Below the pieces are notes generated by a model that was not told the DNA's origin, made no database searches, and worked only from the letters and a program-made list of their open reading frames with translations. A stretch of 64,000 nt of DNA from an uncultured Chloroflexia bacterium. Its GTDB lineage: Bacteria; Chloroflexota; Limnocylindria; Limnocylindrales; CSP1-4. A program made the position numbers and the translations under genes. The stretch is from contig CAWAMB010000004.1 of the NCBI GenBank assembly GCA_963783055.1, positions 40,442 through 104,441 on the forward strand, in the 5' to 3' direction. Below, one piece after another: positions 62,768-64,000 of this stretch; within the stretch, counting starts at the first letter, position 1; each line of letters starts with the position of its first letter.

Positions 62768-63586
62768 ATGACCGACGACCGCGAGCGCTGGGCGCTCATC
62801 CTCGGTGCCTCGAGCGGCATGGGCGAGGCGACCGGCCTCGCGCTCGCCAAGGCGGGCTACAAGATCGCCGGCATCCACCTCGACTTTCGGGCAGCCCTCG
62901 CCCACGTCGACGAGGTCAAGGCCGCGATCGACGCGGCCGGCAGCGAATCGCTGTTCATCAACATGAACGCTGCCGACGACGAGAAACGGGCCGGTGCCCT
63001 CGCCCAGCTCCGCGCCCGGTTCGATGAGAGCACCGCGGCGGGCAGGAAGCCGTACGTCCGGATCGTCATGCACTCGCTCGCGTTCGGGTCACTCGTGCCG
63101 TTCCTGGCCGACGACCCGAAGGACGCCGTCGACCGCAAGAAGATGGAGATGACCCAGGACGTCATGGCGAACAGCCTCGTGTACTGGGTCCAGGACCTGT
63201 ATCACGGCGGGTTCCTCGATCGCGGCTCGAAGATCTACGCGATGACGTCGGAGGGAACGAGCCGCGTCGTGCCGTCCTACGGCGTCGTCTCCGGCGCCAA
63301 GTCGGCAATGGAGTCGCACATTCGGCAGCTGGCCATGGAGTTCGCCCGGCGCGGCACGGGTATCGCCGCCAACTCGATCCGGGCCGGCGTCACCGACACG
63401 CCCGCGCTGCGCAAGATTCCCGAGAACCAGCGGATGATCGACGTCACCCTCGCCCGCAACCCGCACGGCCGGATGACGACCACCCAGGACGTGGCCGACG
63501 CGATCGTCACCCTGAGCGCGACGGATTCCGACTGGATCAGCGGCAACATCATCTCGGTCGACGGCGGCGAGTTCGTCACCGGCTGA
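62768..63586 (+). CDS. SDR-family oxidoreductase (FabL-like enoyl reductase type)
   Basis: ATG 62768 after a GGAGGA RBS. ..ALILGASSGMGEATGLALAKAGY..SYGVVSGAKSAMES... Confidence 0.8.
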   Translation: MTDDRERWALILGASSGMGEATGLALAKAGYKIAGIHLDFRAALAHVDEVKAAIDAAGSESLFINMNAADDEKRAGALAQLRARFDESTAAGRKPYVRIVMHSLAFGSLVPFLADDPKDAVDRKKMEMTQDVMANSLVYWVQDLYHGGFLDRGSKIYAMTSEGTSRVVPSYGVVSGAKSAMESHIRQLAMEFARRGTGIAANSIRAGVTDTPALRKIPENQRMIDVTLARNPHGRMTTTQDVADAIVTLSATDSDWISGNIISVDGGEFVTG

Positions 63587-63818
63587 CGGGCGACCGAGCG
63601 CGGCCTCGACGGCGAACCGATCCGGAGCGTCGTGAACGGTCTCGGGCCGGTCATCCGGCGTCGCTAGCGGTGCCCGCCGCGGCGGCGTCATCGCCGATCG
63701 TACGGAGCCTCGCCGGACCTTCGGATGACACCCGGCCGCACCTCTGACGCCGACACTGCCCTCGACGGCACCTTGCCGCCGGCATGGTTGCTCCGAGCCC
63801 GAGGGAGGCTCCACCCGA

Positions 63819-64000
63819 ATGACAGTCGACGTCGCTCGCCGGTCGCGCCGGCGCGCGTCCGCAGCGATCCCGCCGCCCGATCCGGAGCCGATGTACGCGC
63901 CGCCCCCGACCATCGCGATCGGTGAGTTCGACCAAACCGTCTTCGACTGCCCATCGTGCTCGCGCCCGCTCGCCCTCGGCGCGCGCCGCTGCCCCGGCTG
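63819..64000 (+). CDS. zinc-ribbon protein, N-terminal fragment running off the window
   Basis: ATG 63819 after GAGGGAGG. MTVDVARRSRRR..FDCPSCSRPLALGARRCPGC. Not in the ORF track because no stop lies inside the window. Confidence 0.4.
   Translation, partial: MTVDVARRSRRRASAAIPPPDPEPMYAPPPTIAIGEFDQTVFDCPSCSRPLALGARRCPG

Overview
High-GC (~70%) bacterial chromosomal window with an actinobacterial character: an LmbE/MshB-Mca-type deacetylase, many GTG/TTG starts, ATGA/GTGA/TTGA start-stop overlaps and probable leaderless regulators. I call about 60 protein genes and 2 tRNAs (Arg-CCG 45775-45850 minus; Asp-GTC 57444-57520 plus). I found no rRNA, CRISPR, transposase or integrase.

Core-type blocks:
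- nhaA
- a livJ-H-M-G-F branched-chain amino-acid ABC operon (9905->4360, minus)
- a NYN-domain gene plus holB-acyP
- a five-gene translationally coupled operon ending in an acyl-ACP thioesterase and an amidohydrolase
- a hisA-like gene, two cyclophilins, DUF885 and ltaE
- CapA, an LmbE-family deacetylase, a CoA-transferase and an SDR

Accessory-type blocks:
- two ArsR+SRPBCC modules
- a TetR-controlled quinone-oxidoreductase/membrane/UvrA2/MmcQ cassette
- a putative metal-handling membrane pair next to a GGDEF protein
- an ECF sigma/anti-sigma cluster
- a tRNA-Arg-linked islet carrying a 1611-aa secreted propeller-PKD-lectin protein

Main hunt results:
1. A 16-bp direct repeat of the tRNA-Arg 3' end, plus three degenerate copies of its flank, delimits stacked integrase-less insertions at 38.9-45.8 kb.
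2. A perfect 942-bp in-frame tandem array (2.64 units) sits inside the giant gene.
3. A 4.3-kb secreted GH13 gene carries dozens of mostly +1 single-base indels, roughly 100-fold denser than the rest of the window. The rest still shows scattered indels in livF, the NYN gene, ArsR, AHSA1, a cyclophilin and an anion permease. This looks like consensus error or very unusual decay.
4. A triple palindromic TetR operator and other operator palindromes are present.
5. A ~280-nt structured, terminator-capped untranslated segment lies downstream of ppiB.

All calls come from reading the sequence and ORF translations; no database search was run.
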